Positions 54,111 to 63,073 of a DNA stretch of 64,000 nucleotides are shown one piece after another. The notes below the pieces were generated by a model. That model saw nothing but the letters and a program-made list of their open reading frames with translations, searched no databases and was not told the origin of the DNA. Position 1 is the stretch's first letter. Every line of letters begins with the position of its first letter. The DNA comes from Candidatus Poriferisodalis sp. (lineage in GTDB: Bacteria; Actinomycetota; Acidimicrobiia; Acidimicrobiales; Poriferisodalaceae): NCBI RefSeq assembly GCF_965215815.1, contig NZ_CBDCEO010000012.1, forward strand, positions 933,896 to 997,895, written 5' to 3'. Made by a program: the position numbers and the translations under genes.

Positions 54111-55421
54111 TCACGGTCCCAACAGGCTGATGGGCACCACGCTCACTCCGTCGGACCGGTCATGGGCCGCTGTGCCGAACGCCGTGAGAATGACCAATCG
54201 CACGGGATCGCCCCGCTGGGATGTGTCGATTCGCTGAACGACAGTGCGCAGCCAGTGCGCCGAAGCATCGATCATGGCTGGGTTGGCGCCCAGCTTCACC
54301 TCCACTGCCATCCAGCGCCCGTCGCGGGCCTCGATGACGGCATCGATCTCGCCGCCGTCGCCGTCTCGGTGATGGAACACGCTCGTATCGATCGCATCGC
54401 CATACACACGCAGATCGCGCACAGCCAGCGACTCGAACATCGATCCCAGCGTTCGCGGGTCACCAGCCAGACGTTCCGGTCCCACGCCCAGCGCAGCGAC
54501 GGCGAGGGACGGGTCGACCATGTGGCGCTTGGGCGATTGCCGGGCAGGCGAAGCCAAGCGCATGTGCGGCGACCACGCTGCGAGATCTTCGAGAACGAAG
54601 AGGCGTGTCAGTGCGTCGAGGTAGCGGCCGACAGTCTGATGGTTGAGCTTGGCGCCGTCGGCACCGGTCTCCCGGCCCAGCAGAGCTTGGGATGCCACAT
54701 TGGCGATGTTGCGGGCCAGCGCTCTCAGCAGACGGCCCACCTTCACGGGGTTGTGAACTGATCCGGTCTCGACGTGCAGGTCGACTCTGGCAGTCTCGTC
54801 GAGATACGCCACCAGCAGCCGCTGGCATGCAGCGGTGCCCAGATGCGGATGCCGCGGCCAGCCGCCCCGACAGATCAGCTCGGCCAGTCGAACAGCGCTC
54901 GGGCGCTCACCGAGAGCGCTGCATGACTGCCCGTCCATCAACGCCGAGAGCGATACTTCCCCGGTCGAGTCGCCGGTCTCCAGCAGCGACATAGGGCGCA
55001 ACCGGACTCGCATGAGCCGGCCGGCGCCTGAGTGCCTGGTGACGGCATCGGCGCGCGCATAGGACCCGGTGAACAAGAACTTGCCCGTGCCGTGATCCAC
55101 GTCTGAGAGGCCGCGCGCTGTGTCCCAGACATGCGGCGCCCGCTGCCACTCGTCCACCAACAACGGTCGGGGGCCCGACGACAACGACTCGTGGGGCAAC
55201 GTCTGTGCGGACCACAGGGCGTCAGGGTCCTCTGCCAGCATCATCTTCGTTCGGGCCCGACTGAGCGCCAGCCAAGTCTTCCCGCATCCCTTCGCCCCTT
55301 CGACGAGCACCATAGGCACTGCCCCCAGCGCGTCATCGAGCAGCCCCTCTGCAATACGGGGCCGATACCCGGCCGGCTGCAGCGGGTTGGCGGCATCAGC
55401 GGGCGACTCGCGGGCTTTCAT
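54111..55421 (-). CDS. AAA-type ATPase with a C-terminal DUF4143/PD-(D/E)xK-like nuclease-fold domain (COG1373-type)
   Basis: VLVEGAKGCGKTW (Walker A), PLLVDEWQ (Walker B), and the C-terminal GGEIDAVIEARDGRWMAVEVKLG (D...ExK). The start is the ATG at 55421. An AT-rich region lies upstream. Confidence 0.8.
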   Translation of the reverse strand: MKARESPADAANPLQPAGYRPRIAEGLLDDALGAVPMVLVEGAKGCGKTWLALSRARTKMMLAEDPDALWSAQTLPHESLSSGPRPLLVDEWQRAPHVWDTARGLSDVDHGTGKFLFTGSYARADAVTRHSGAGRLMRVRLRPMSLLETGDSTGEVSLSALMDGQSCSALGERPSAVRLAELICRGGWPRHPHLGTAACQRLLVAYLDETARVDLHVETGSVHNPVKVGRLLRALARNIANVASQALLGRETGADGAKLNHQTVGRYLDALTRLFVLEDLAAWSPHMRLASPARQSPKRHMVDPSLAVAALGVGPERLAGDPRTLGSMFESLAVRDLRVYGDAIDTSVFHHRDGDGGEIDAVIEARDGRWMAVEVKLGANPAMIDASAHWLRTVVQRIDTSQRGDPVRLVILTAFGTAAHDRSDGVSVVPISLLGP

Positions 55422-55589
55422 ATCGGCCACACTACAGGAATGTACTATTTCTGGCAATATAAACGTAGCATTTATGGGGTACAAAACGTAGTGTTCCAGG
55501 TCTCTGCGACGTAGCGTCTCTGGCCGAAGGCGACTCGCTGGGCCACGACACCGGCTGAAGAGTTCGCTGCGCAATGCCAAGATACGTCG

Positions 55590-56447
55590 ATGCTGACATG
55601 TGAGCCGATCCATCCCGACTTCGGTGCCAAGGTCACGGGCATCGACCTGGGCGCGAATCTTGACGACGAGGCGACGGCCGCGCTGGTAGAGGCGATCGAC
55701 ACGTACTCGCTATTGCATTTCCCGGACCAGGACATGTCCGATGAGGCCCAGCTGGCACTTACCGAGCTGCTCGGCGAGCCCGAGGCCAATCACGTCGTTT
55801 TCGGCAAGACCGGCGAAGTCGTGTACTTCGGCACGATCGGCAACGTGGTCGACGACGAGACCAAGCGAGACGAATCGGATCCGCTGACCAAGAACCAGAA
55901 GGGCAACAACCTCTGGCATTCGGACTCGTCATTCCGGCTCGTGCCATCGTACGTGTCGATCCTGCATGCCTACGAAGTACCCGGCGAAGGAGGCGAGACC
56001 GAGTACGCCAGCCAGCGGGCTGCGTACGCCCGTCTCGAGGCGTCACGCCAGGCAGAGATCGACGACCTCCAAGTACTGCACGACTACGTCTTCAGCCGCA
56101 CGCAGGTAGCCCCGGTCGATTTCAACCATGCAGCGTCGCTGCCGCCGATCCCCCACCGGCTCGTGCGCACCAACCCCGGTAACGGCGCGAAGAACTACTA
56201 CGTCGGGTCTCACGCCCGATCCATCGTCGGATGGCACGGAATCGACAGCCGCAGGCTGATCGACGAGTTGAACGCGGGCGCCACCCGGCCCGAGGACGTG
56301 TACTCGCATCGCTGGAGCCCGGGCGACACGGTCATCTACGACAACCGCTGCATGCTGCACCGAGGCGCCGGCTACGACGCCGACCGTTGGCGCCGCTACA
56401 TGCGCCAGACCCGAGTGCAGGGCAGCGGTCCCACCCTCGACGAGTAG
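55590..56447 (+). CDS. TauD/TfdA-family Fe(II)/2-oxoglutarate-dependent dioxygenase
   Basis: LWHSDSSF (HxD facial triad) and the C-terminal VIYDNRCMLHRG (distal His plus Arg). 285 aa. Confidence 0.85.
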   Translation: MLTCEPIHPDFGAKVTGIDLGANLDDEATAALVEAIDTYSLLHFPDQDMSDEAQLALTELLGEPEANHVVFGKTGEVVYFGTIGNVVDDETKRDESDPLTKNQKGNNLWHSDSSFRLVPSYVSILHAYEVPGEGGETEYASQRAAYARLEASRQAEIDDLQVLHDYVFSRTQVAPVDFNHAASLPPIPHRLVRTNPGNGAKNYYVGSHARSIVGWHGIDSRRLIDELNAGATRPEDVYSHRWSPGDTVIYDNRCMLHRGAGYDADRWRRYMRQTRVQGSGPTLDE

Positions 56448-56537
56448 TCCGAACGCCTCCCGTCGGGAATCCTCTCAGCCGCAGCGCATTCAGCCTGCGG
56501 CGAGACGGCCAGTGAGGACCGACGCACATGGGTCACG

Positions 56538-56562
56538 CCGATCATTCGAAATGAATAATCGG
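56538..56562 (-). terminator. AT-rich hairpin immediately downstream of the large secreted-protein gene
   Basis: ccgatcattc (56538-56547) pairs with gaataatcgg (56553-56562) in 9 of 10 positions, with a 5-nt loop. There is no clear U-tract. A second GC hairpin, gccgcag/ctgcggc, lies at 56478-56501. Confidence 0.35.
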
Positions 56563-56564
56563 GG

Positions 56565-59500
56565 CTAGTCGTCTTCCGGCACGTGGATGTACACCACGGT
56601 CTGCGTGCCCTCGATCACGTCCAAGCTGTTGGCGCCCTTGATTCCCACAATGATGCGGCGCGAGCCCGCAGGACTGCGCACGGAGTCACTGCCGACGGAC
56701 ACGGTGAACGACTTGGACGTGTCGCCCGCCTGGAAGTTCAGGTCCACGTAGGTGGATTCGGTGGCCCAGGCCACACCGCCCGAGCCCCCGGGCGGGTGGG
56801 CCCTGACCGGCTTGTTCTGGCCTGTCCCCGTCACCAACCCTGCCGCGTAGACCAGCCCGACTCTGACGTTCACCGCCTCGCTGTGAGCGGTGCTCATGTA
56901 GACGGTGACCACGATCGAGCCTCCTTCGTTCACAGACGTTTCACTTGGGCCGATCGACAGCACGGCGGCCGGCTGCGGGTCGGAGTCGGGCACGGTCACG
57001 GTCACGGTCACCGAATCGATGCTGAGGTTGCGGTACTCAGAGGCAGAGGCGAAGTTGACGATCTTGTGGCGAATGGGGACCACGTCCTCATTGGCGTCGT
57101 CGTCATACTGAGCCTCCACCGTGACCGTCTGGGGAATGTGCCAGTTGGACCGGGTGAACGTCAGCCGGTACGTGTGGGGGTGAACCGATCGCCCAGTCGT
57201 TCCGACGCGCTGCGGCTCGAGGGCGACCGCCACCCTCGATGACGGCTGGCGCGCCAGCGCGACTGTGTACGTGCTCGTTTGGCCCTCCGCAATCGTCATC
57301 TGGGTTGGCGTGATCGTGACGCCCGGGCCATCGCCGCCCAGGGGTGCCGTCACCACCACGACGCTGACCGTGTACGACGCGCTGAGACCACCTGTGTCCG
57401 TCACGGTCAGGGTCAGGTAGACGGTGGCGGCCGTCGCCGTCGGCGCCGTCCAGGTGGTATCCAGGGCGGAGTCGTTGGCGAAGGTCCCGCCGCCACTGCT
57501 GGTCCAGGCGTAGGTCAAGGCGTCGCCGTTCGGGTCGCTGGCCGTGCCGTCCAGCGTCACCGTGCCGCCCGCGGTGATCGAGCCGGGCTGAGCCGTGGCC
57601 GACACGGTAGGGGGCTGGCTGATGCTGACCGGCTCATCGTCATCGATGATGCTCACCGTGGCCTCGTCGGTGGCCCCGGCCGTCACCCTGGCGGGCAGCG
57701 TGCCCAAGCCCAGCCTCACGCTCTCGCCGTCGTCGTCGACCGTGTCCTGGGTCGCCATGAACGTGAACGACTTCTCCGTGTCGCCGCTCTGGAAGGTGAC
57801 ATTCGCCGGCACGCCCGAATAGTCCCCGTTCGACGCCCCGCCCTGATTCGCCGTCGTCAGCGGCACCACCACCTCACGCTCGGGGTCAGCGTTGAGCTCC
57901 ACCTTGACCGTCACATTGTCACCCTCGGCCACCGAGTAGCTGGCCTGCTCGAAGCTCACCGTCACCGCCGGGAAGAGCGGCTCGGTCAGAAAGACGGCGA
58001 CCTGCTGGCCGTCGCTCCAGCCCGGGTACGTGTTGGTCCATGAGTAAGCCGGGTCACCGGCGTAGGTGGTCCTTGCGGCGTCTTGCGATGCGAACGCCGT
58101 GGCAACGCTGCCGGTGTGCAGGGTGAACGGCCCGGGAAATGCAGGGGACAAACCGAAGAACAGGTCAGCCTCAGTGGTCCTGCGCTCGTAGAGCACTCTG
58201 CCTACTGTGTATTCGGTCCCGGCGACGCTCAGTTTGGTCACCGAGAGCGAGCCATGGGCGACGGACGATATGCCGCCGTCGTACCCAAACGCCGCGTCGC
58301 CTGGCACGGAACCCACCTCCATCGTGGCCAGCCAGTGCAGCCTGCGGGTGGCGCCCGAGGCGACCACGTTGTAGGTGGCAGCGCTGGTCAGCGACTCGGA
58401 GTGATCTTCCCCGTCGGTGAAAGTCACGGTCAGGCTGATGGCCTTGCCGACCTCGGCGGATGTCAATGTGTACGTGCTGGAAGTCGCCCCCGAAATGGCC
58501 GTGCCGTCGGCAAGCCATTGGTACGAGAAATTGCCGAGGCCGTCGGCGTCGGCGATACCCACCGTGTCGGCGGTCAGCTCTTCGTTCTGCTGCAGCACCC
58601 CGCTGATGGACGGGGCGCCGCTGGCCGGGTTATTGGGCGGTGCCATGACCGGGCCGATCTGGCGGCTGGTGCGGGGGTACTCCTGGTTGCCGGCGTCGTC
58701 ATCGAAGACGACCCGGACCTTGAGGCTCTTGTCCACGTCGTCGGCGGTCGGCGTGTAGGTCGAGCGACGCTCGCCGTCGAGGTCGGTCTCGTTGGCGCCG
58801 TCCACGCGGATCCACTGGTAATGGAAGAACGCGTCGGCGAGGCCATCGGTGTAGTCGATGGCGGTGGAATGGGCTGTCAGCTCGACGCCCTCCTCCGGAG
58901 CGGTATCGACACTCAGGACGACCGAGATCGTGTCGCTGGCAGACCAGGACAGATTCGCGCCGGCCCAGTCGTACTCCGGTGTGTCTCGGAACTCAAGTGC
59001 GTTGCCTGACGAGTAAGACGTTCCTGCCACCGAGAGCGTGAAACCTTGTGGCAGCGCCTTGTCCACCGCGAACGCCAAGACACCGTCGTTCGCAGAAGCG
59101 GAAGTGTCATACAGGTTGGTGACGGTGTAGGTGACTCCGTCCACGGTAAACGTCGCCGAGCTGAGCGAGCCGACATCGGGGTTCAGTGTGGTGATGTATC
59201 CCACACCGAATGTGTTCGTCCCCGCCGTCAGTGTCGCCGTCCAGACGTCCTCGCTGGTGGGGGTGCGGATCACTGGCCTGCCTTCCGCAACGGAGTTGTC
59301 GGGCTGCGCGTTCGGCAGGTCGTAGACGTAGACCTTGTCGTCGGCGTCGTCGACCACCCACAGCACCCGGCCGTCGAACCAGAGCCCCTCGGGGTCGGCG
59401 TTATCGCTGTCCAGGTTGACCTCGTAGTCAGAGCCCACCAATTGGGTCTGGTCGGACATCTTCCAGGCGTAGACCATGGCATCCTCGTCGTCGACCACAA

Positions 59501-60650
59501 ACATCGTCGTGCCGTTGGAGTAGATGTCGCGGGGGTTGGCGTTGAGTCCAGAGTCGTCGATGTCGGTGAAGTCGACATCGGTGTTCTGGGTGCCGTCGGC
59601 GCGGTTGTAGGCGAAGATGTCGTTGCCGTTGCTGACGGTGTCATCGTCAACGACCCACACATAAGTAGCGTCGCACCACACGCCCTCGGGCTTGTTGTTG
59701 GCGGTGGCCAGGTTGATGTCCTTGGTCGAGTCGTGCGCCTTGGTGGACAGGTCGTAGGCGTAGACCTTGGTGTCGTCAAAGTCCGCGACGAACATCGTCG
59801 TGCCGTCCGAGCAGATGCCGGTGGGCGTGTCGTTGCCGGCGCCGGACAAGGTGTTGAAGTCCTGGGATGATGCGCGGGAGCCGTCGGAACGGTTATAGGC
59901 GAAGAGCTTGTCGGTGGAACCGTTTTGGGAGACCCAGAAGTACTCGTCGTTGCCCCAGATGCCTTTGGGGTTGTCGTTGTCGCTATGCAGGTCAAAGCCC
60001 GTCACCCGCGGCGGAGGAACGATCACGGCGCCCTTGACCTCGATCATGTGGGATTGTCCGGATGTTCCGTTCCACGAACTGGAGTTGAAGTACTTGTTGG
60101 CGTTCCCGATTGACCAGTTCGCCGCGCCGCCGCTGTCCTCATCGGAGTTCCGGGTGAGGCTCAAACTGATCTGGTCCGTACTGCCGGCCACCCGCTGGAT
60201 GACTACGAAGTAGTTCGTGCTCGCAGCCAGCAGGGGGCACCGATCAGTACCCGTCGTCGGAGCGGTGAAGGTGTGCAGCCCGGAGGCGGAGAACGTCGTC
60301 GGGTCGGTCAGCGTGCAAAGAGCGCTGCCAGCGGGATTGCCATTGTTGTCCGCGTTCAGCGTGACGATCAGTTCGCTGCCGGCCGACGAGGTGTCGGCGA
60401 TGTTATGGAACCTGACGGCGATTGAGCCCAGCACGTAGCCGTCGCTGTTGTTGCCCGTGGTGAACCGTTGAGCGCGCTTGGGGAAACTGATCGGCCACAG
60501 TTCGGTGTGGTTCATCCAGACGGACTGCCCCGTGTTCTTGATCAGAACGGTCTCCGTCAGCGCCTCCGCGGGCGGCGACCAGACGAACACGGCGGCCAGC
60601 ATCGCCACGGCGAGCAGCGGGAGCGGCGCACGACGCCGGGAGGCGGTCAT
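56565..60650 (-). CDS. large secreted multi-domain protein: signal peptide, unknown N-terminal domain, 5-blade propeller-like repeats, duplicated unknown modules, Ig-like repeats, Calx-beta-like and PKD-like domains
   Basis: The start is the ATG at 60650 (MTASRRRAPLPLLAVAMLAAVFVWSPPAEA is a signal peptide). There are five ~45-aa repeats of the form P.GIW.dg.t.WVvDd...KvYAY. A Calx-beta-like segment reads VTVSFEQASYSVAEGDNVTVKV...GDYSGVP..VTFQSGDTEKSF...DDDGES. A PKD-like segment reads VTLDGTASDPNGDALTYAW...LTVTDTGG. No LPxTG motif or C-terminal TM segment is seen. Confidence 0.8.
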   Translation of the reverse strand: MTASRRRAPLPLLAVAMLAAVFVWSPPAEALTETVLIKNTGQSVWMNHTELWPISFPKRAQRFTTGNNSDGYVLGSIAVRFHNIADTSSAGSELIVTLNADNNGNPAGSALCTLTDPTTFSASGLHTFTAPTTGTDRCPLLAASTNYFVVIQRVAGSTDQISLSLTRNSDEDSGGAANWSIGNANKYFNSSSWNGTSGQSHMIEVKGAVIVPPPRVTGFDLHSDNDNPKGIWGNDEYFWVSQNGSTDKLFAYNRSDGSRASSQDFNTLSGAGNDTPTGICSDGTTMFVADFDDTKVYAYDLSTKAHDSTKDINLATANNKPEGVWCDATYVWVVDDDTVSNGNDIFAYNRADGTQNTDVDFTDIDDSGLNANPRDIYSNGTTMFVVDDEDAMVYAWKMSDQTQLVGSDYEVNLDSDNADPEGLWFDGRVLWVVDDADDKVYVYDLPNAQPDNSVAEGRPVIRTPTSEDVWTATLTAGTNTFGVGYITTLNPDVGSLSSATFTVDGVTYTVTNLYDTSASANDGVLAFAVDKALPQGFTLSVAGTSYSSGNALEFRDTPEYDWAGANLSWSASDTISVVLSVDTAPEEGVELTAHSTAIDYTDGLADAFFHYQWIRVDGANETDLDGERRSTYTPTADDVDKSLKVRVVFDDDAGNQEYPRTSRQIGPVMAPPNNPASGAPSISGVLQQNEELTADTVGIADADGLGNFSYQWLADGTAISGATSSTYTLTSAEVGKAISLTVTFTDGEDHSESLTSAATYNVVASGATRRLHWLATMEVGSVPGDAAFGYDGGISSVAHGSLSVTKLSVAGTEYTVGRVLYERRTTEADLFFGLSPAFPGPFTLHTGSVATAFASQDAARTTYAGDPAYSWTNTYPGWSDGQQVAVFLTEPLFPAVTVSFEQASYSVAEGDNVTVKVELNADPEREVVVPLTTANQGGASNGDYSGVPANVTFQSGDTEKSFTFMATQDTVDDDGESVRLGLGTLPARVTAGATDEATVSIIDDDEPVSISQPPTVSATAQPGSITAGGTVTLDGTASDPNGDALTYAWTSSGGGTFANDSALDTTWTAPTATAATVYLTLTVTDTGGLSASYTVSVVVVTAPLGGDGPGVTITPTQMTIAEGQTSTYTVALARQPSSRVAVALEPQRVGTTGRSVHPHTYRLTFTRSNWHIPQTVTVEAQYDDDANEDVVPIRHKIVNFASASEYRNLSIDSVTVTVTVPDSDPQPAAVLSIGPSETSVNEGGSIVVTVYMSTAHSEAVNVRVGLVYAAGLVTGTGQNKPVRAHPPGGSGGVAWATESTYVDLNFQAGDTSKSFTVSVGSDSVRSPAGSRRIIVGIKGANSLDVIEGTQTVVYIHVPEDD

Positions 60651-60711
60651 GACTGACGCGTTTGGATGAGCGCTGTGACCGGATGCCTGCCTCGGCACAT
60701 TGTGAGAGGGA

Positions 60712-60721
60712 GGGGGGGGGG
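60712..60721 (-). repeat. homopolymeric C10 tract (G10 on the + strand) 62-71 nt upstream of the secreted-protein start codon
   Basis: Read directly from the sequence: gagggaGGGGGGGGGGctcat. It is the longest mononucleotide run I noticed in the window. Confidence 0.95.
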
Positions 60722-61105
60722 CTCATAGCGAATCTCCAAGGGCCTGTACCGGATGGTGGCCATGCACTCTACGGCAGCCATGCACTGACATCATGAATAC
60801 ATGTGCAGATGCCAATACCCGCGACCGCACAGACCGTGCGCCAACTCGCGATCCACGCCGCCAAAGCGCTGATTGAGGCGATCTTCCGTCGCCGTCAGAT
60901 GGGCCGTCGCAGCGTCAGAGACGGTTTCCCTGTCCAAACACCCTTCTGACCTGCGACGATGCGCTTTGTCGAAAGACGGGTTCAGCAGTTCAGAGGGACA
61001 TCTCCGAAGTGAAACTCAGCCGCGGCGGCCGTGGACAGCGTTCAGGCTGACCGTTGCGTCCCTCGTGCTGTGAGCGCGGTCGGCGACGGCTGTTGTGGTC
61101 GGTGT

Positions 61106-61983
61106 TCAGGCTGCTGGCTGTGTCTCGTGCGGCGTCGTGGCGGTCCGTGATTTGTGTGGTGTGCCGGCGACCGGTACCGGTGGTCTGTGCGGTGTGGCGG
61201 TGGTCACAGCGGGCGGCGCGGCTGGGGACAGGGGCAGCAGTTGTGAGGTGTCGGCGGGTGCTGGCTGGTGTGGGGTGCGATGTTTGGGTTTGCGTGAGCG
61301 GGCGGGGTTCGGTGGCTGTGCAGGGTCGGGGGGCATGAGCCGGTAGCGGCCGTCGCGCAGAACTATGTGCCAGTTGTGGTCGTGGATTTGGTCGTGGCAG
61401 GACCAGCACACCAGCACGAGATTGTCGACGTGTGTCTTGCCGCCGCACTTCCACGGGATGACATGGTGCGCTTCGCATTCGAGCGGCAGCGCGCCGCAGC
61501 CGATGCAGGCGCCGTCGCGGGCGATCAGCGCGCGGCGCTGGGCGGCGGTGGGCGCCCGTTGTGCGACGGTCTCATACAGCGGGGTGAGCGTGTCGCCGAA
61601 GATCTCCACCCACACATCGGAGTTGCACGCCAGCCGCGCAAGGGCGCCGGGAGGAATCGGTCCGACACCGCAGATCTCTGCGAACCCACCGGGCTGATCA
61701 GTCAAAGCGGCCAAGTCGGCGCGCACGATGATCTCCGCGGCGGCCTTGCGCCCCACGGTCGGCGCCGGCACTGCCGAGAGCGCCGGCTCGGACTGATCGA
61801 TCCCTTCGGCGTGGCCGTGTCGGCCCGGTCGTGGTCTGTCAGCGTCGAGCGACCTCGGTGCGATGTCGGCCACCATGCCAGCTACATCGTGTCGGCCCGA
61901 TCGTGGGCTGTCGGTGTCGGGCGGTCTCAGCAGTTCTGGCTGCTGAGGTGTGTCTGAGTCTTCCGCGGAGATCGGCTGAGAAA
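61106..61983 (-). pseudogene. 5'-truncated DUF222-HNH endonuclease gene abutting the IS3-family element
   Basis: It retains RDGACIGCGALPLECEAHHVIPWKCGG...VLVCWSCHDQIHDHNW and a Pro/Thr-rich tail. The helical DUF222 N-terminal half is absent. The reading frame runs straight into the IS terminus at 61984, so the 564-aa track ORF 61106..62800 is a chimera. Confidence 0.65.
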
Positions 61984-61992
61984 TGAACCAAG

Positions 61993-63073
61993 TCATGCTG
62001 TGTTCTCGGGGTTGTTGGTGGTGGTCCGGCGGTTGTGGTCGAGCCGTCGTGTGCGGGCTCGTTGGAGGCCTTGCCGGCGGGCCTCGCGGATCGGTTCTCC
62101 TCGTTGGTGGTGTTCGTCGTCGGGGGTGACGTAGCCGATCGCTTCGTGCAGCCGGACTTCGTTGTAGTCGATCCGGATGCGTGCCAGCTCTGTGTCGAGC
62201 AACGCCGGGTCGGTGATCTCGTCGAGGTGGGGCCATTCGTGCTTGATGTGCCCGAAGAAGCTCTCGATCCAGGCTTGGTCGGTGGGGGTGCGGGGTCGGC
62301 CGTGGTGTTGGGCGATGGCCATCATCGCCATGTAGGCGCGGGTGTCGTGGCTGGTCATGGCCGGGCCGTTGTCGGACACGGCGAGCAGGATCGGCCGGTC
62401 GGGGTCGTCGATGTCGAGATCGAGGCGGTCGTCGGTGAGCAGCTCGTCGAGATCTTGGGCTAGCAACGCCTGGTCGAAGATGACACGCACTTGGGTGGAG
62501 GTCTCCTCGGTCGAGACCAGGCTGGTGATCCAGTAGCGCGAGACCATGTCGACGATGGCGAACACGCAGCGCCGGGCCTGCCCGAAGTGGGTGACGTCCC
62601 AGATCCAGATCCTGTTCGGTTCCCAGACCAGCCAGTGCGGCCACGGCGTGCGGGGCCGCCGTGGTGTCGGCGGCTGTTCGGGCAGCACAAGCCCGTGGGC
62701 AGCCAGAACGCGCCGGAACGTCGAGGGGGCCACCCACACCCGGCCCACATAGGAACCGCGGTGGGCGAGCTTGCGGTGCGACCGGTCGACCGGTCCCCAC
62801 TCTTCAGCGACAGCGAGGACCTCCGCGACTTCGTCGGCCAGCAAGGCATGCACCGGCGCGCCGCCCGGGGCGAGGTCGCTGAGCGTGCCCAGCTCGCGTC
62901 GGCGGGCCCGCCAGCGGTGCACCCGGTCGTCGGAGACCTGCCACACACCGGTGGCCCATGTGTGCCAGAACCCGGCGGCAACGGCGTCGTCGACGGTGTT
63001 GAGGACCAGCTCTTTGGCCTCGGCGGGGACTCTCGCCGGGACCGGTCCGTTCAGTCCCAGCCGGATTTTCCCC
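61993..63073 (-). CDS. IS3-family transposase OrfB (DDE integrase/rve core), expressed as an OrfAB fusion by -1 frameshift
   Basis: IWIWDVTHF (D), LLAVSDNGPAMTS (D) and TDQAWIESFFGHIKHEW (E). The frame is -1 relative to orfA. The N-terminal ~150 aa of track ORF 61993..63531 overlap orfA out of frame and are not real. Confidence 0.8.

Noticed and set aside
60809-60949. A 46-codon + strand ORF (MPIPATAQTVRQLAIHAAKALIEAIFRRRQMGRRSVRDGFPVQTPF) in the 455-nt gap upstream of the giant gene.
   Set aside because: It is too short and has no convincing Shine-Dalgarno. Its third-position GC is lower than in neighbouring genes, and I recognise no family. It may be a gene fragment. The overlapping track ORF 60873..61073 looks no better.
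61106-62800. A 564-aa minus-strand ORF that would be a single large protein.
   Set aside because: It is a chimera. Only the part below 61984 is an HNH endonuclease. The rest is an alternative frame of the IS3 orfB region, read through the IS terminus.
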